A stretch of 64,000 nucleotides of DNA from the NCBI GenBank assembly GCA_023213395.1, contig CM041465.1, positions 207,335,741-207,399,740 on the forward strand, written 5' to 3'. Source of the stretch: Cycas panzhihuaensis. Taxonomy: Eukaryota > Plantae > Cycadophyta. The first letter of the stretch is position 1; each line of letters opens with the position of its first letter. Under the pieces are notes generated by a model. The model was not told the DNA's origin. It saw only the letters and a program-made list of their open reading frames with translations, and searched no databases. Positions 37,801-52,305 of the stretch are shown here, piece by piece. The translations under genes and the position numbers were made by a program.

Positions 37801-40800
37801 GAGGTGGATTCACTTCACCTATATAGAGTAGCACCTCTTATTGGTGGCCCATATGGGCAAAATCCCATCCCACACCTGCCTTCTCTATCTTCATGTGTAA
37901 CCTCACACGTGATGCTTCTGCAAGGGGGATTCGCCCCTCCTTAAGGCTCTTTTTCCCATGTCCTCTCTTAATAAGGGGCATACCCTCAAGGGGGAGTGGG
38001 TCCATCTTGCCTACTTATCTCCTTTCTAGCCTTCCCTGAAATGAGAATGGTTTCCTCCCACCAAATAGGAGGGAATCCATATCTTTGTCATACTCAAACT
38101 CCTTAAGGAGGACTTGGGTATTTGTACATGCCTCCTTCTTCTTCTTTTGCTGACCCATTAGCTTAACTAAGGGTTCACCCCTCCATTGACTATAGGTTGA
38201 CTCCATTATCTATTAATGTGCTTAGGACTAACCTATTACCTCATCCCCTTGAGGTACCTGTATTTGATGGGACCTTATCACAAGACCCAACCAAGTATAT
38301 TAGTAGCTTCTCCATAACATGCATCAACTATTGGGCTTACAACCATATCTTGATGAAACTTTTTCCCCATTCATTATAAGGAGATACACTTAAGTGGTTC
38401 TATTATATCCCCACCCATTACATTCATTCTTTTAAGCAACTTATAGATGAATTTGTTAATTATTTTGATATAGATCATCCCTTCAAGAGTGGGATTAAAG
38501 CCCTACTCTCCCTTAAATAAGGTCATGAGGAGATGAACTATGACTTTGTGAGGAACTTCCATGACCTTCTTCATTCCACGAAGGCCACGATGCATAAGGA
38601 ATTAAAGAGGGACCTTTTCATGAATGCCTTCTATCCTGAAGTCTACATTGAAGTCCTTAAAATATGGGTAATAATGTGCACCTCTACCATAGCTAAATGC
38701 TTGGTTCTTGAGGCCATTGAGATCTAGGTAGGTCTTAAGAAACCTCTCAATTTATCACAATGATAAGAGGCACCCCCTCTGTCATGTGACCAACAATCCT
38801 AACAACCCCCAAGGACTTCTACCCACTCAATAGAGTAGACCTTAGACCCATTAACTTCTACTATATATTCATTTAGTGTATGATGAAGGAGTTTAAGCTC
38901 CAACCTCTCCATTACCTTTAGATTCTCATAGGTCTGTCCATCAAGCCTCCCAAGTTGTACATCACAAAAATAGAAATACCTACTCTTCTCAAACTAGGAA
39001 GATCAAACCTTCCTCAAATAAGAAGTAGTACTCTGTTTATGGTGAGTGCTTCTATGAGGACTCACAGTGTTGGGTGCAATACCCAGAACTTGCTCCACCT
39101 CATGACTCTTCCTCTAGATGGGTGTCTAAGCCCAGTTTAAACTAACCTATCTATCGAGATCCCTCCCCAAACATGGAGAATGGGACCATCATACCCAAAA
39201 TAAGGGAAACAAGAATAAAGGATGATCCATTAATCCCTCTTTCATGTAAACAAAAGGAAAGGGGGTGAGGAACTCATCTTCTCCTCCTAGTTCCCAACCT
39301 CACACCTCTCCATCCTCTCAATCCCACAACAAGGGAAAGAGAGTTATTCAGATGCTTAAGACCACTCCTTTGTACATTGTCATGAGATCTCAAGTAGCCA
39401 AAGAGGCCATTGGGGCCTCCTCTTTATAACATAAATTTTCTGTAGATAATTTGCCATCTAAAATTCTGGTACTCCCTAAGACTATTCCCATCCATTAGGG
39501 TCATGATAACTTCTGAAGGGAACTCCTTCAACCTACTAGGAAGGGGAAGTCCTTCTCAATTGTTGATGATCTCTATATTATGGTTGTTAGAATGTCCATG
39601 ATGAGCATCTTATAGAGTTTCCAAAAGTAACGCGCTCTTCTCCTTGAGGCTTTAGGTATAGCTAATGTTCCCATCCATGCTACCCTAAACTGGGAGCCTC
39701 TCATCACATTTGATCTTAAAGACCTCCCTTCAATAAGTGAAAGGGAGTGCCAGTGGCTCTATCCTTTTACCATCTACATTGACACTCTAAAATGTACTCT
39801 TAGCATAACAGTTATAGACAACAGTTCTTCCATCAATGTTATGCCCTTATGTATAATGTAGGAGTTGGGTATAGTATCTCTTGAGCTAGTCCCAAGGCTA
39901 TGATGGTAGTGAAAAGATACCCTTAGGATCAGTTTCTATCTTCCTCACCCTTGAGGACAAAACCATCCTCACTGACATAGTAGTCCTTAATGTAGATGTG
40001 GACTATAACTTATTGGTGGGATGCCCATGGCTTGACCATATGGGAGTTGTGTGCTCATCCTATTAGGGGAAACTAAAGTTTGTCTACAAAAGGTAGATGA
40101 AGGTTGTTTCTTAGGATCCTCCTCCCACTCGATCATTACATCAATCTCATTAGGTGGCTCACAACTTAATGAGGCACAACAAGGATCTATTGATGTCCCT
40201 AGCACTTCTAGATCAGAGGAAGGGGCCTCCTCTTCCTCCCCAAACTTCATTTGCTTTACCCCTATTAGTGTTTGGAGTTATGGATACCTCATTGTTCTAA
40301 GTGATCATGAGTTTGATAGCGAGAACAAGGAGCCTTCTCACCCCATATCCCTCCTTAACATCCATAGGAGGCACTCACTTCATCATCTATCTAGTCCTGA
40401 GTCCCAACCCAGGACCTCTTTAGAGGAGTGTAGTACTCTTATCGCATCTAGGGAATCATGCATGGTCACTCCTACCGCATACCTGGGCTCCTTCTCTCCT
40501 TCATCTTCATCTACTCCCCACACTTTATCATCCTCTATAGACAATGAAGATGGGGAGCCTCCTATCCCATGACATAGGAGGATACCTTCTAACTCTTTTG
40601 AAGAGTCTCTAGAATACGTGGAGTGGTGGGTCAACTGTTATGGACCTATTGCTCCCCCTTCACCCCATTCCTCATCACCTCTTAACAAGACTATCCACAA
40701 AATATATTGCTTTGAAAATGATGAGGGTCTATTAGAACATCTAGTGGGCTCCACACCCAACCTTCCTTCCAGTCACCATAAACTTGGTTTCTAGAAAAGC

Positions 40801-42499
40801 TTAGCCTGAGGGTCACCCCTAGCCAACCTAAATTAGTCTAGCACTCCCCTGCCTCCTTTTATTAGCCAATCTCCCCTCCACTTTGAAGATCAAAAATACA
40901 TGTGCATGGGGCATAACCAAGAATATCACCCTCATCCCTGATAAGGTCCTAAATGTTGGAGTAGAATGTACATCTAAGGAAGTAGAGGAATATACCCTCC
41001 TTTTCCAAGAGTTTTGCAACATCTTTATATGGGATTATTTAGATACAAAGGGAATAGATCCCCCTATTATTACCCACAACCTCATAACTATCCTGGGTAC
41101 CCATCTTGTTTGATAAAAATAACGCCCTCTCTATCCTAAACTATCTGTTGTAGTGAAAATTGAAGTGGAAAATCTCTTAAATGCAGGATAAATCACTTCC
41201 ATTGATTACCCAAAGTGGGTATCTAATATCGTTCCCATCACTAAGAAGAATGGGATAATCTAAATTTACATTGATTTCTGGGATATAAATAATGTATGCC
41301 CTAAGGATAACTTTTATTTATCATTTATCGATTAGATCATCAATCAGACAACAAGTTTTGAAGTCATGTCCTTAATGGATGGCTTCTCTAGATACAACCA
41401 AATATAAATATACCTCAAAGAATATCATAAGATGACCTTCATCACCCTATGGGGCATGTTTACCTATAAGGCAATGCCTTTTAGATTAAGGAATGTAGGT
41501 GCCACTTATCAAAGGGTAATGTAGTTTATTTTTCATGACCTCATAAATAAAACTCTTAAAGTTTTTATGGATGACATAATAGGCCTCTCCTGCAAAAGGA
41601 CCCACCACCTTAAGGGTTTGCATGTTATCTTTACATGATGCTACAAATACCATGTTAGTTTAAACCTACTCAAATGCATGTTTACCATGACCATTGGCAA
41701 GCTTTTAGGTTTCCTTATCTCTAAACAAGGGATCTAGATTAACATTGATAAGGTCAAATCCATTCTTTACATACCCCTACCCAAATTGCAATGCCAAATT
41801 AAGTCATGTTTGGGCAGGTTAGGTTTCCTTAGGTGTTTCTTGGTAGACTTTTCTATAAACACCAAACCTCTAACTAACTTATTAAAGAAGGGGGGCCCAT
41901 TTGTATGGTTTATCAAAGTTGAGGAAGCCTTCCAAGAGCTCAAAAAATCCTTAGACTCCACCCTAATCTTGGTGCCCCCTCTCTTTGATTACCTATTCAT
42001 TCTTTATACCTCAACTACTAATGAGTCCTTAGGAGCCATGCTAACCTAAGAAGATGATTTAGGGACCAAGCGTTCTATATATTTCATCGGGCACATATTA
42101 GTGGTAGCTAGGCTTAACTACCCTCTTGATGAAAAGGAATTCTTAGCCTTGGTCCATATGATTAAGAAGTTTAAATATTACCTCCTCAGGAATACCACTC
42201 ATATGATCGTCTAATCAGATCTGTTGAAGTACCTTTTAACCTAGTCTAACTTTACTAGAAGGATAGGTAAATGGGTCATCCTCCTTTAATAATATGACCT
42301 TGAAATCATTAATAAAAAATCAAATAAAGGAATGGTGGTTACTAAGCAACTAGCCAATACTCCCATTCCTAACCCTTCAAACCTTCTAGTTGATTATTCT
42401 TTACCTAACAAGCCTATCCTGACCATCTAAGACTTGTCACCCTATCCACTAGCTAATAGAGAATGGTATGGGGATATTATACAATATCTTACCCAACAA
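34876..42499 (+). mobile_element. Second tandem Tat unit G2: leader, gag, PROT, RT, RH; truncated at the start of INT
   Basis: Colinear with 19152-27470 minus the solo LTR. Homology stops after WYGDIIQYLTQQ. Confidence 0.93.
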
Positions 42500-44756
42500 C
42501 TTACTCAATGGCATGTTTACACCTATGACTTAAAGGTAGCTTAGGAGAGAATTCTTCAAACATGCTACTATATTGATCATGAAGGTTTAAACCTCTGATG
42601 GAACTTCTTCCACAATTATCTTATAACAAGAAAGCATGAAAGAAGTAGGATTCTTTTGAAGTAATTTTTCCATTCACTACAATGATACCATTTATATAAG
42701 AGGTACCTTAGGAGCTAATAGCTTACATTTTCACCCCTTTTATTGAAAGCACATAAAATATATTTCATAGTTGGTAATAATGTTACTTAGTGTTTGCATC
42801 TATTAAACTCCTAAAACCACATCAACCCCTCTAATTAACATGATAAACATATTAGTAGATTTACCTACTGACAATATCCACCACAAGTCATGGTTTTCCC
42901 ATTTATGATAGCCACTTGGAATACATCAACTGGCTTTATTATAAGCCCTAGCTTTTCTTTTGTAGGCTAATTTATAAAGTTCTGAGTACTCCCATGATCT
43001 ACCAAGATTGAAACTTTTGCATTTTTTATCAACCCTAAGAATACTAAGGTTTGGGATGCATGTACTTCCCTTATAATTGCTTGGAGAGATATTTGAATGC
43101 TATCCATATTAAATTTTATAAGATCATCCAACTCAGCTTCATCTTTATTCCCCATAGTTTCTTCTTCAGTAATTTCTTCATCAATTTCTTTGGGAACATT
43201 TTCTTCTTCATTGCTTATCATAAACATCTTCTTGGGTGGACATGTATGATCCCTATTATATTTCCTACTATAATAGAAGCAAGCTCTATTTTTAAGATGT
43301 TCAACCCTTGATAATTACTATCCGCTCTTTTTGATAGTAGGAGCCCTTACTTTAGTTCCAAATTATGTCTAGTTTGGTAAGAACTACTAGTTGAGCTATC
43401 TCAAAAAATTAGCTCGGTGAATAAAGCTTTACCTATTCTCTCTAAATTTTACATCAATATTCCTTGTGCAGTAAATGGCATTATTATAATGAAGCTTACA
43501 TCTAAAGGATTCAAGTGGTACCTGATATTCCTTTTAAGCCCTACGATATATACCTCTACTAATTATCATTTATTAATATTAGTTTCAACTAAGTTATGTA
43601 AAACTTAAAATTATTCTTTATAAACTTGCACTATTCTAATTTGTTATAGCCTAGTGAGCTAGGTGAAATAATTAGTTTTTGTCATGTCTTTGTATTGCTC
43701 AATTAAAGTCTTTTTTAAGAAAATCTAACTGTAATAAATTGTCCCTTTCTAGAATATCTATCACCAATAGTAATATTGTAAGGCTAGTAGGGTAGCTACA
43801 ACAACTTCTCCTTGATAGTTAAAGAAATTATCTTGAAGTATACTTCTATTTATAAAATCCAACTATATATACCCTTGGATTTCTCTAGGTCAAATTTTTC
43901 CAATAGGAATGTAGTCCCTCTAAGGCATGGACCTACTTGATCATCTATATTATTCACTTCCTCGATGTCCTCCTCTTCTTTTAAGTATTTATGAGGGCCC
44001 AAATCCTTTTATTGAGTTTAAAGAATATTTGATATCTTTTTTATATCTACTTTTAAATGCCTCAACTTGTTTTGAAGTAGGGATACATTATTGTTAACTT
44101 GGTCTACCCATCTAAACACCTCTACAACTAATTTAGAGGTCTAAAGCACTATTTTTCTAGAAGTAGTGGTCTTCCCTAATCTTAATTTCATTATGAAGGA
44201 AATAATTTTATCCCTTTTTAGAAAAACTTCTATAAATCCTTCTTTAAAATGAAGCTTAAATACTAATAATAGTGATAATTATAGATGGGTAGGAAAATAA
44301 TATATAATTCTTCTGAAAAATACTTATACCAAATTATAATATCGGCTACTAAATATAAATTACAACTACAAATAAGTTAATAATAAGAATTTTAAATTAA
44401 ATAGCGATAAAGTTAGATATCTTATAATTGACAAATAAATTATCTATACAATGATGCTAAAATATAATCAAGTGTTGAAGCTAAAATAAGATCCTTCTTT
44501 GAGGTGAGGTTCCCTCCAAAAGTGTATCCCAAGAGCCAAAATTTATAATAATATAAATATCTTGGATGATGATCTTAAGAGTGACCTTCTTAAATAGTCC
44601 TTCAACTAAATCGATGGACCAGAACACCTTATGAAGCTGACTAGAAAATAAATATTAAGTCAACCATAATAGCTAGGAAGAATTTTAGTAGAATATATTT
44701 ATATTCAAGTCTATTTTCTAGCCATTTTGGAAGCTAGCCAAACTAAGGGGCTTACT
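42500..44756 (-). mobile_element. 3'-truncated Gypsy F (gag, protease, first residues of RT; Reina/CRM-like chromovirus type), putative 5' LTR 44335-44756
   Basis: Minus strand: YFT*LTRL*Q...VYIVGLKRNI (gag), ISLQAI...VSILVDHGSTQNFIN (protease), MFEEFSPKLPLSHRCKHAIE. Degenerate PBS tggtataag at 44331-44323. LTR limits are tentative. Confidence 0.75.
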
Positions 44757-45901
44757 ATAGTATCAGAGTGAAATTATAAATTCTTACATATATGGGATTA
44801 ATCATAGTTGGTCATTGATTATTACAAATGAGTATAGAATGATTTATTGATAAATTTATAGATTACAAGGGATATAACTTAATTCATATTAATACAACTT
44901 ATTATAGATTTAATATAGGTTTCAACATATAAAAAGATATGAAAACATTAACAATTATAGATAAATATAAATATTACAAATTAAAGACATTAAATATTAA
45001 AAGGGGGTTATAGAATATGTGATTTTTCTCATATATATAATATTTAATATATTACTATGAACTCACATTATCCCACATGTATACATATTTATGTATACAT
45101 CATATTGCATGATAAAAAGGTTCAAAGATATTATAGGTTATTTATGAGGTGACATAATCTATAAATATGTACATATACCACTTGAGAACTTGAGAAAGGA
45201 GTAGAAAGATCAAGGTTGAAGATATAATAATTTAAAGATTATATTAAATCAAAGCTTGCAAAACTCTAACCTTTTCCTATGGTTTTTCCCTCTTGGGTTT
45301 TCTATATATAAATATATTATCTCTTATGGTGCATACTCATTTCATTATGATGAATGATTATTAAATGTTTATAACTTTATGTTCATGTTATTACTTTACA
45401 TTACATGAATTATGTACATAATCCTCATGATATGATTAATTAATTATACTTAATTAATATGCTTATGCTATGCATGATTAGTATATTCTAATATAGTATC
45501 AATGTTGAATTCTAAATTCTAAGATGATATCAAAGAATTAAAAATTCTAATAGATATCCCCATCATTTTATATAAATAACTAATGTCCTAAAATTCATAA
45601 CGATGTAGAATAATCTAATCTAGTTAAATATGTTATACGTCTAGTATATTAGACTAATTAGAAATTATTATGATACCATTTATTGTAAACTCGTATAAGT
45701 TGTAATATAAAGTTGATATCTTATAAGCTCAACTATGTTAAAGTATACTTGGTGTCTAAAGACCCAATAAATTATTAAATGATTTCATGATTGAATGATT
45801 ATAATATCCATATATGTTTATATTAGTCCTAATGTATATTCATAAAGGGATATAATCCTTCAGCGTACCTATGTATATTTAAGTAATAATAATAATAAAT
45901 A

Positions 45902-46012
45902 ATTATTAATTAAGGGTTGTAAGTTTGTAACAAATCCTATTTTATAGATAGATAGATAATGTGATTATTAATTAAGGGTTGTAGGGTTTTAACAAATCCT
46001 ATTTTATATAAA
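45902..46012. repeat. ~62 bp tandem duplication
   Basis: attattaattaagggttgta...aacaaatcctattttata occurs twice. Confidence 0.85.
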
Positions 46013-46730
46013 TATACATACACATGTATATATATATGTATATAAATATATAGAGAGAGTATGTGTGTTTTTAAGAACTAGGCTATTTTTCTAAAATTAA
46101 AAAAATAGAAGTTTAAAAAGGTTTAAATTTTATTTATTTATGATTTAAAAAGGATTAATAATAGTAGAGGACCATTAAAATTTATGAATCAAAGTTTGTT
46201 ATATTTGATATTCATACATATCTCTTTTAAGTATGGTTTAATTAACATATTATTCTTAATTTTTTATGAAATTATTAAAAATAAATAAAAAAGAGTAAGT
46301 ATTGTAGCTCTAGAATAAGAACTAAAAGAATTAAAGGAATTTAAAGATTGAGTAGAAGAGTGAATTAAATAAGTGAAGACAAAGATAAGAGGAAGAGAGG
46401 AAGTTAAAGCAGATGTAAATTCATCAATGATTAATAATTTAGATATAGGATTTAAACCCTCGTTTCTTATATTTTAAATGAATTGTTGAATTCTTGTTGG
46501 TTTATTTATGTTTCATTCATCTTAGAACTCCCATGTTATTCGATATTAGAAATTTAAATATTTAAACAAACTAAAAAACATTGAATAAATTATTATGACT
46601 TTTAACATATCAAGATATAAAACCTCAAGGCCCAATACCCAAAATTTAAAATGTTAGTTAAATTTGTAATTTCGCTTTCATCCAATACACAAGAAATTAG
46701 GGATAGGTAAATTGTAATTTTTTTTTCACC

Positions 46731-46757
46731 TAACATTTTTGGTGACCATACTAGCGA
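46731..46757 (+). promoter_or_regulatory. Probable LTR end plus tRNA-Arg-type PBS of an old element hosting Copia E
   Basis: taaca-tttt-tggtgaccatactagcga; same motif as at 21083. Confidence 0.5.
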
Positions 46758-47827
46758 CCAATTCAATGGTCTATTCTTAATACCTATTTCATTAAGTTAT
46801 TTTGATAATATGAAAGATTAGCCATATAACCATTTTATCTAGTGGTGATTTCTTTAATGTATGCATTCATGTTAATGCTTATCTCAAATCTATTAGTCAC
46901 TCCTATTGGTCCCTCTATTATACCTACCCCATTCATGGGTCTCTCTAAGTTTAGTAAGAGATATAATAAAAATACTAATGTACATATAATAGATTTTCAT
47001 GGTGTAATCTATCGATCTTGGATTTATGATAATCATATAAAAATGATGTTTATCCACACTATCTTTGGTGATTTATGGAAGTACTAGTATACTAAATTAC
47101 AAGACTAGATAACTCACTCCTCTAAGTAACTCTTTCATTTATTTATAAATCATTTTTACATTAATCATTAGTTGACATGCAAATATTTACCTCGGGCTTA
47201 TGATCTACTATTAGTTGTGATTTATAGGAGTTAGGAGTATAATGATCTTTAATTGAATATGGAATCCTCCTTTTCATCCCTTGATAATGATTTATTTCAT
47301 CAAGTTTTGCATAAAATATATGCTCTATTAATTGATCATCCTTTGATCATTGTTTAATCATCATCTTTAATCCATACTTAGATCTTAATAGATTAGTTCA
47401 AGCCCTTATGGATAATGAGTATAATTAACCCAATGTCTTAACTTTTGATGTTTACCCTAAACCACCTTTCATTCACTATGATGAAAATATAGAAGTACTT
47501 CTTTGTCTACTACTCTTACTTTGTATGTTGATACCTCTTTAGGGGTTAACAAACATGATATACCTTTTTTAGATAATTCTTTGGTTGAATCATTTTATAC
47601 ATTTCATGAACAAGTTAATCTTCTATTCATTTTTTCAATGAGTTACTAGTCTTTACTAGTGACTCTTCTAATGTTATATCTTTTGATTTAGTCTCATATA
47701 ACATATGTTAAATTATTCCTTAAGTTGTAATCCCTTTTAATCAACATCCTTATTAACTTATAAGGATGTTGGTATTTTTACTAATAAATAATAAAGTTAT
47801 GGTTATATCAGTCTTGTATGTTAGACT

Positions 47828-48490
47828 TGTTAGATAATATGACAACAATGTTTTGGAGGCTAAAATTTTGATAGATTGGTAACAAGATTTTCCCCCAAAC
47901 TTTTGCACAGGGATCTAAGGGGAGTGAGAGCTCTCCTTGATCAGGGAGTGTGGGAGGAGCCAAAATTCCCCTCCCCCCCATAAAGAGGGGGTTCAAGGGT
48001 GGTAGCCCCTGACCAAAAAATCTAGCATTATAAAGCATACTAAATTGCAAAGAGAACTAGGGTTATTCATTCAAAATACCCTAGATTCTATGCTTAAGAT
48101 TTTGCCTTGTAAGAATCTCTCATATAGCCTGATTTAGGGTGTTTTTTTATTATGTTGATGGTGTTCGATATATTAAATATACTGTATTGAGTAGAGGTAG
48201 CTGGTTGTTGTTACTGTGAGTATTCCTCTATAGATTATATATATTTCTCTATTCTTGTATAACAAAGATTGATACCTTTCTTGTGTAGATGTTTCCTTAG
48301 TACACTATCAGGGCTTTATCATGTTATATTGAGTGTATATGTGATGCTTTATCTTTCTAATTTATTTATTATATTATTTCTAATTTAAGAACTTGCATGT
48401 TAAATTTTAGTTTTGATTCTTATAACTAGTTATAAAATAATTTAGATCTTGGTGGTATTTTTTAATTATTGGGACCTAGTTTTCTCAATA
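47828..48490 (+). repeat. Copia E 5' LTR
   Basis: Match to 52306-52979. Confidence 0.93.
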
Positions 48491-48562
48491 AGTGGTATCA
48501 GAGCCACTTTTATTTTTGTAGTGAGTTTGTGAAGGTTTTAGAGTGGCATTTTTCTATACTAA

Positions 48563-51500
48563 ATGGAAAATTTAGTGAATATAAAGTTCAAGATGAAGAA
48601 ATTTAATGGCAAGAATAACTTCGAGTTGTAGAAGTTAAAAGCGTATGATGTTCTAATATAACAAGGTTTGTATAGAGCTCTTGTAGGAAAATTGAAGAAA
48701 CTCACAAGGATGGATGATGATAAATAAGATGATATGGATAAAAGAGATCTTAGCATAATATGATTATGCTTTATAGATGAAGTTTTGTTTAACATTACAA
48801 GGGAGAAGACAGAAGTAGGATTATGGACTTGATTGAAAGGCTTGTACATGACTAAATTAGTGATGAATTAAATCTACTTGAAGAGGCAGTTGTGCTCATT
48901 ATAGATGAAGGAAGGTGTAAAAATTGTTAATAATTTAAATGTTTTCAATACTCTTATTTGTCAGTTGACTAGTATCGATGTCATGATTGATGATAAGAAT
49001 AAGGTTGTTACCTTATTATATTTATTACCAAAATCTTAGGCTAGTATTATCATCTCAATTAGCTTTAGCACTACAAATGAATTAGATTATGATTCTATTA
49101 TGAGTGCTTTGTTGAAGGAAGAAGTAAGGAGGAAGTCCAGTCTTGAAACCTCCACATTAAAAGCTATAACAATAAGAAGCATAATGATTGAGAAAGGACA
49201 AAGCTTTAGGAACATATCGAGGTCAAAGTTAAAAGACAAGAATAGTAAGCTCATATGTTAGTACTTCAATAAGACAAGTCACCTTAAGAAGCATTACTAT
49301 AAAAGGAAGGAGTTCTAAAAAAAGGAAGATCCTGCCAAGGAGGCTGATTAGGTGGAGTTGAATCAAGGTACGAATGATGATGTCTTGGTTACTTATAATA
49401 TTTACCATTATCATCATGATTGGTTATTAGATTTGGGTGCTTCACACCACATGTGTCCATATAATAGTTGGTTTTTATCATACCAAACTCTTGATAGCAA
49501 TGATATACTTATGGGAAATGAAGTTTCCTTTAAGATAGTAGGCATTGGTAGCATCAAAATTAAAATGTTTAATGGTGTAGTAAAAATATTAACTGAAGTT
49601 AGACATGTACTTGATCTAAAAATAAATCTAATTTTCTTGGGTGAACTAAATTCTGATGGTTATAAGTACACAGATCATAAAATAGTCTTGAAGGTGTCAA
49701 AGGGTGTCTTTGTTGTTATGAAATCCTTAAAGAAAGGAAACCATTACATTTTAGTGGGAAGTACAGATGTCAGCCATATAGTTACAACATCAAAGATTGC
49801 ATAAGATCCAGCTCAATTATAGCATTAGAGACTTAGGGACATGAGTCAGAGAGGACTTAAGATGTTGATGAACTATAAATTGCTTCCTAACTTATAGCTT
49901 TTATATTTAACTTTTTATAAATATTATATTTTTAGAAAATAGTATAAACTCAGTTTTAAAGTAGGAAGTCACACTAGTAAAGGTGTTCTAGATTACGTAT
50001 ATTCAGATGTGTGGGGACCAACCCCTACAATTTCTTATGGAGGATCATTGTACTTTCTTACATTTATAGATGATTACTCTAGAAATATATGAGCCTATTT
50101 TTTAAAAAGAAAATCTAAAGTTTTTAGTGTGTTTAAGTAGTTCAAGGCTCTAGTTGAGAAGAGCATTGACGTGTTAATCAAATATTTAAGAACTGACAAT
50201 GGAGGTGAGTTCAACTCCTTGGAATTTGATGACTATTATAGAGAAGCTAGGATAGAAAGACATAAAACCGCTAGCTAAGTTTTTAGTTATGATGCTTATT
50301 CTTTGACTAATAAAATTAACATTCAAAGTTAGACCTGAAATCCAAGAGATGTATCTTTGTTGGTTATGGTGATAGAGATGGTATGAAGGGATACAAGTTG
50401 TGGGATCCTACTGCCTATAAAATCACTATTAATAAAGATGTTATATTTAATGAATCTCCCTTTCTAAAATTAAATAGTATAGAAGTTGAAGTGAAATAGG
50501 AGTAGAAAGTTAAACATCAATAGGTTAAGCTTGAGACCCATCCATCTTTAGAAACAGAAGAGCATGAAGAGCTTTTTGAAGATGAATATGTGGTAGATTT
50601 ATGGGAGTATGTGGACAGTACTTTTCTAACTGTTAGAAGATCTACATGAGTTATTCATCCACCCAATAGGTACAACCCTTTTATTTCTATTACTTTAGTT
50701 TCTAATGATTGTGAGCTTAGATGCTATTAGGAAGTAGTAGATGATATTCATAGTGAGAAGTGTAAGAGGGTTATGTAGGAAGAGATAGATCCTTTGAAGA
50801 AAAATAATTCATGGGACTTGGTAGAACTTCCACATGGTAGGAAGATTATTAGTTATAGGTAGGTTTTTTAGAAGAAAATAAATGTTGATAAATACAAGGT
50901 AAGACTAGTAGCTAAAGGCTTTACACAAAAATTAGGTATTAATTTTCTTGAGATCTTTTCACCAATTGTTAAACCTATTTCAATTTAGGTTTAGGTAACA
51001 TTGGTAGCTTCTCTTGATTTGGAGTTAAGGAAGTTAGATATAAAAATAACGTTTCTAGATGGAGATTTAGATGAGGAGATCTATATGGATTAACTAGAAG
51101 GGTTTGTACAAGATGGTAGGAGAAGACTTATTTATAGGCTCAGAAATTCATTGTATGGCCTGAAGCAATCACCCAAGCAATAGTACAGTAAGTTTGATAC
51201 ATTCATGGAGAGCCAAAATTTTAAAATAAATGGGTATGATCATTGTGTTTATTTTAAATTCTAAGATAATATCTTATTCATTATCTTGGCATTGTATATT
51301 GATGACATGTTGTAAGCAAAAGCATAGCAAAAATCAACAAGTTAAAGGCTTAATTAGCTAAGACTTTTGATATGAAGGATCTAGGAGCTACAAAATAAAT
51401 CTTAGATATGGAGATACATAGAGACAAAAAAAAATGGTAAGCTATGATTATCATAGTAGAAATATACAGAGAAGGTATTAACCAGATTTAGTATGAAAAA

Positions 51501-52259
51501 TGTGAAGCCAGTGAGTATCTTATTGGCTTCTTATTTCAAGCTTTCTTTTAGTATGAGTCCTAGTAATGAAAAAGAAAATGATTATATGTCTCATGTACAT
51601 TATGCCAATGCAGTAGGAAGTTTGATATATGGCATTATATGTGCAAGATCTAATATTTCACATATAGTTAGTGTAGTTAGCAGGTTTATAGAAAATCCAA
51701 GAAAAGAACATTGGGCAATAATGAAATGAGTGCTTTAGTATTTAAAGGGCACAAGTGACTATTGCATCTTCTTTGGAGGTACAGGTAATCAAGTTTGTAG
51801 ATATGTTGATTCAAATTTTGTAGGAGATTTAGATAAGAGAAGGTCTACTTTAGGTTATATATTTACTCTTACAAATGGTTTGTTTAGTTAGATGTCAAAA
51901 TTATATAGTATAATTATATTATTGACTACAGAAGTATAATATATTATTGTAGCACATGCTTGTAAAGAATTAATTTGGTTATAGGGTCTATTGGTTGAGC
52001 TTAGAAGAAAATAGAAAAATGTATAGGTATTTTGTGACAGTCAAAGTACTATTTACTTAAAAAAGAATTGAGCTTATCATAGTAAGACAAAGTATATTAT
52101 TTTGAAGTACAATTTTACTAGACAAGTTGTGAAAGTAGGTGGAGTGGCACTTGAGAAGGTTAATACAAAATAGAATTAATCTAATATATTTATAAGATCG
52201 ATGATATTAGAGAAGTTCAAATGGTGTTTAACTTCTCTTAGCTTATAAAAAAGGTGTTG
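48563..52259 (+). pseudogene. Copia E gag-pol
   Basis: KFNGKNNFEL*K, WLLDLGASHHM, YSDVWGP, TFIDDYSRNI, RTDNGGEF, YGLKQSPKQ, YIDDML, YANAVGSLIY. Confidence 0.94.
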
Positions 52260-52305
52260 AATAGTCCATGAAAGGTATTGGGTAAATTGTTGTCAAGGTG
52301 GAGAT

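Noticed and set aside
44751-44772. tagtatcagag as a plus-strand PBS
   Set aside because: The adjacent LTR is better read as minus-strand (gag-pro on minus, reverse PBS at 44331), and no plus-strand gag follows.
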